Shown here: one piece after another, positions 61,871-64,000 of the stretch
Numbering within the stretch: the stretch's first letter is position 1
Layout of the letters: the number at the start of each line of letters is the position of its first letter
Assembly: GCF_964194155.1 (NCBI RefSeq)
Contig: NC_135895.1
Coordinates: forward strand, 53,134,001 to 53,198,000
Source of the DNA: Cetorhinus maximus
Lineage: Eukaryota
Length of the DNA: 64,000 nucleotides
Reading direction: 5' to 3'
Notes under the pieces: generated by a model
What the model was told of the DNA's origin: nothing
Seen by the model: the letters and a program-made list of their open reading frames with translations, nothing else
The model's database searches: none
Position numbers and translations under genes: made by a program

Positions 61871-63484
61871 GAGCACATGTACTCACTCTCAGGTTTGTGT
61901 GCTCCTGCACCCTCTTTAGAATTGTACCTTTTACTTTATCTTGCCACTTTGTTCTTCACACTAAAATATATTTATTTATTTAAATTGACACAATCTCCAT
62001 TTTTTTTCCCCTTTTATCTTTGTTTGATTGTCTTCCTGTGCAAAAGCTACTGGACCTTCACTAGTGCTACTTTAAATCTGGCTGCTGAAATTTCACAGAA
62101 GCCCAGTGTTTAACTTTCTTTCTGACACTCCCTTTGTACAAACTGCTACTGTATTACACTTAGTGCCATGCTAGGCCTTTCGAGGGGTGAGTCTTAATGC
62201 CGCCAATGACTACGCCAAAGTACACATTGAACACTTCACTAAGGCTATTGGTCAGGATGATCCAGTTAAAAAGAAACATTCTGCTTTGGTATTGCTGCTG
62301 ACTGTCAGAACTTGGCTGTACAAGAGCAGTGTAAAACCAGCTCCAGAATTGCTCGGTATCTTCAATGTTTCCTCAGAGAAATGACTTGAGATTGGAAACT
62401 TTGCAGTGCAGTGGATTGTGAGCACAAGTCCATGTTACATTGCCCAGTGCAATTATTCTCAAGTGCAGTATGTCATCATGCCAACTTACTGTAGAAAAAT
62501 TGATACATATTCCTCCGTCCCATCTCTTTGTCCCAGTTTCTTTTGAATCAGTTGGGTTTTTTTTTCTGTAAAGCTACTGCATAGAACTATCTTCCAATTT
62601 AGACCTATTGCTCACACAAATTTAAAGTTTGGGCACTAACTAGGGTTGAAAAACTTAATTGATCAACAAACTTGGGACAAGGTATTTGAGCCTTTGAGTG
62701 TGAAAGTAACACAAATGTATGCATCCATTCCTCTTCCATTGCTTATTCTTTATTCTGTATTTTCTTGCCTCAATATTTGTGATTTTGTGCTGTTCTCCAC
62801 TTGCTTTATCAGCTCACTGGTAATCTATATGTCAAAAATGCATTTGATATTTTATTGGAATAATTTCCTCTGTTAAAGCTTTACATTTGGGGGTGAGTAA
62901 AAATCTAATTAATGTAAGGTTTAACATAAAATTAAAAGTGGACTTTGTGACCAAATGTTAAGAAAAAAACCTTTCTAGCACTGATAGGGAAAGGATTTTG
63001 TCCTTATTGTGTGCCTGTAAATTAGTTAATTAGTACTCGCTGTTGCTTCCTGTAATTGAACATTTTCTTCTAGTTTAAATTGTTCTGTTACTTGTGTAAA
63101 TGGCAGAATGTTAGACCCATCGTACCCTGGAAACTTAAATTAAGAAATTAATTTTTGGATATAGGCAACAACCTCTTATATGGGCAACATGTTCAGCAAA
63201 GGTCAGCGTTAAGTAAAGAGGAAAATTGTTATAAGTTCAACCGATGCACATCAGTGAGTGGCAAAAGTTGAGGACTTACTGGCAACCTTGCAACCAGTTA
63301 AAAATTCAATAGCTGAATGGAAACTGCTTACTCACAGAACAGCCGCATAAATAAGCTCTAATCTTTCTTTTTGACTGAGATCTGTGTGACATGCTGTCAG
63401 TGAGAGGAAGAAAACAGCGATTTCACCAGGCAGATTAGTGAGCTACTTAAATAGTTTTTTCTTACCTCAAGCTTATATGGATGT

Positions 63485-63627
63485 ATATGATGAAAGCAAA
63501 ATACTGCACATGCTGGAAACCTGAAATAAAAACAGAAAATGCTGGAAAAACTCAGCAGGTCCAGCTGCATCTATGGAGAGAGAAACAGAGTTAATGTTTT
63601 GAGCCCGTGTGACTCTTCTTCAGAGCT
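63485..63627 (-). mobile_element. Family-A element with a 15-bp flanking direct repeat
   Basis: AGCTTATATGGATGT at 63470-63484 and 63624-63638. The reverse complement begins AGCT-CTGAAGA-AGAGTC-ACAC-GGGCTC-AAAA-CATT-AACT. Confidence 0.85.
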
Positions 63628-64000
63628 TATATGGATGTGTACTTCATTTTAAAATGCTGCAGAAATGTTTGTTTACCTATGCAAAAGTAGTGTTCTACTT
63701 GAGACCCATATTATATAGACTCAAAAACAAAATCACTTCACTGGAAAATTTAAAACTCATACAACTGAGATTTACATAGGGCCAGTAAGGTACAAAAAGT
63801 ATATGTCGTGAAATTTAAACTCAGATGAAATTGCAGCATCAGTTGATATTTTAAAGTTTAGTCTTCTGGGGTGAACTATTTCAGGTTATAGTTTAGAAGA
63901 AGCATTTATTTAGTGCGCACAATGACGGATTATCAAAGTTTGTGTGCTATATCACAGAGTGGTGGATGTAGACACTTTAAGTTCCTGACCTCACCCGTGT

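Noticed and set aside
60448-64000. Further mysm1 exons (short exon 5 and the SANT domain)
   Set aside because: No convincing frame-compatible match found. They probably lie beyond the window, though a very short exon could be missed.

Overview
Vertebrate (very probably shark/chondrichthyan) genomic DNA, dominated by retroelements and DNA-transposon relics, with three co-oriented + strand genes. (1) An intronless 749-aa CARD + ankyrin-repeat gene, best matching the inflammasome adaptor caiap (25351-27600). (2) A five-exon, 281-aa gene not visible as one ORF in the track (34818-42339). Its N-terminal half resembles the spliceosomal NTC protein ISY1, but it appears to be a distinct, uncharacterised paralog. 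(3) The first four coding exons of mysm1 (44701-60447, continuing beyond), whose third intron has U12-type (minor spliceosome) signals. The repeats include Harbinger transposase and Myb relics, MITEs, CR1, RTE and Vingi LINE fragments, HE1-type and Deu-type SINEs, a Neptune-type Penelope element and a G-rich minisatellite with a 93-bp higher-order unit. Most notable: the ISY1-like gene; two families of short hammerhead-ribozyme-motif elements, some flanked by target-site duplications or arranged as hairpins; and a LINE whose 5' end carries the same tRNA-derived head as the local HE1-type SINE. All family names come from recalled sequence knowledge, not database searches. Repeat boundaries are approximate unless stated otherwise.
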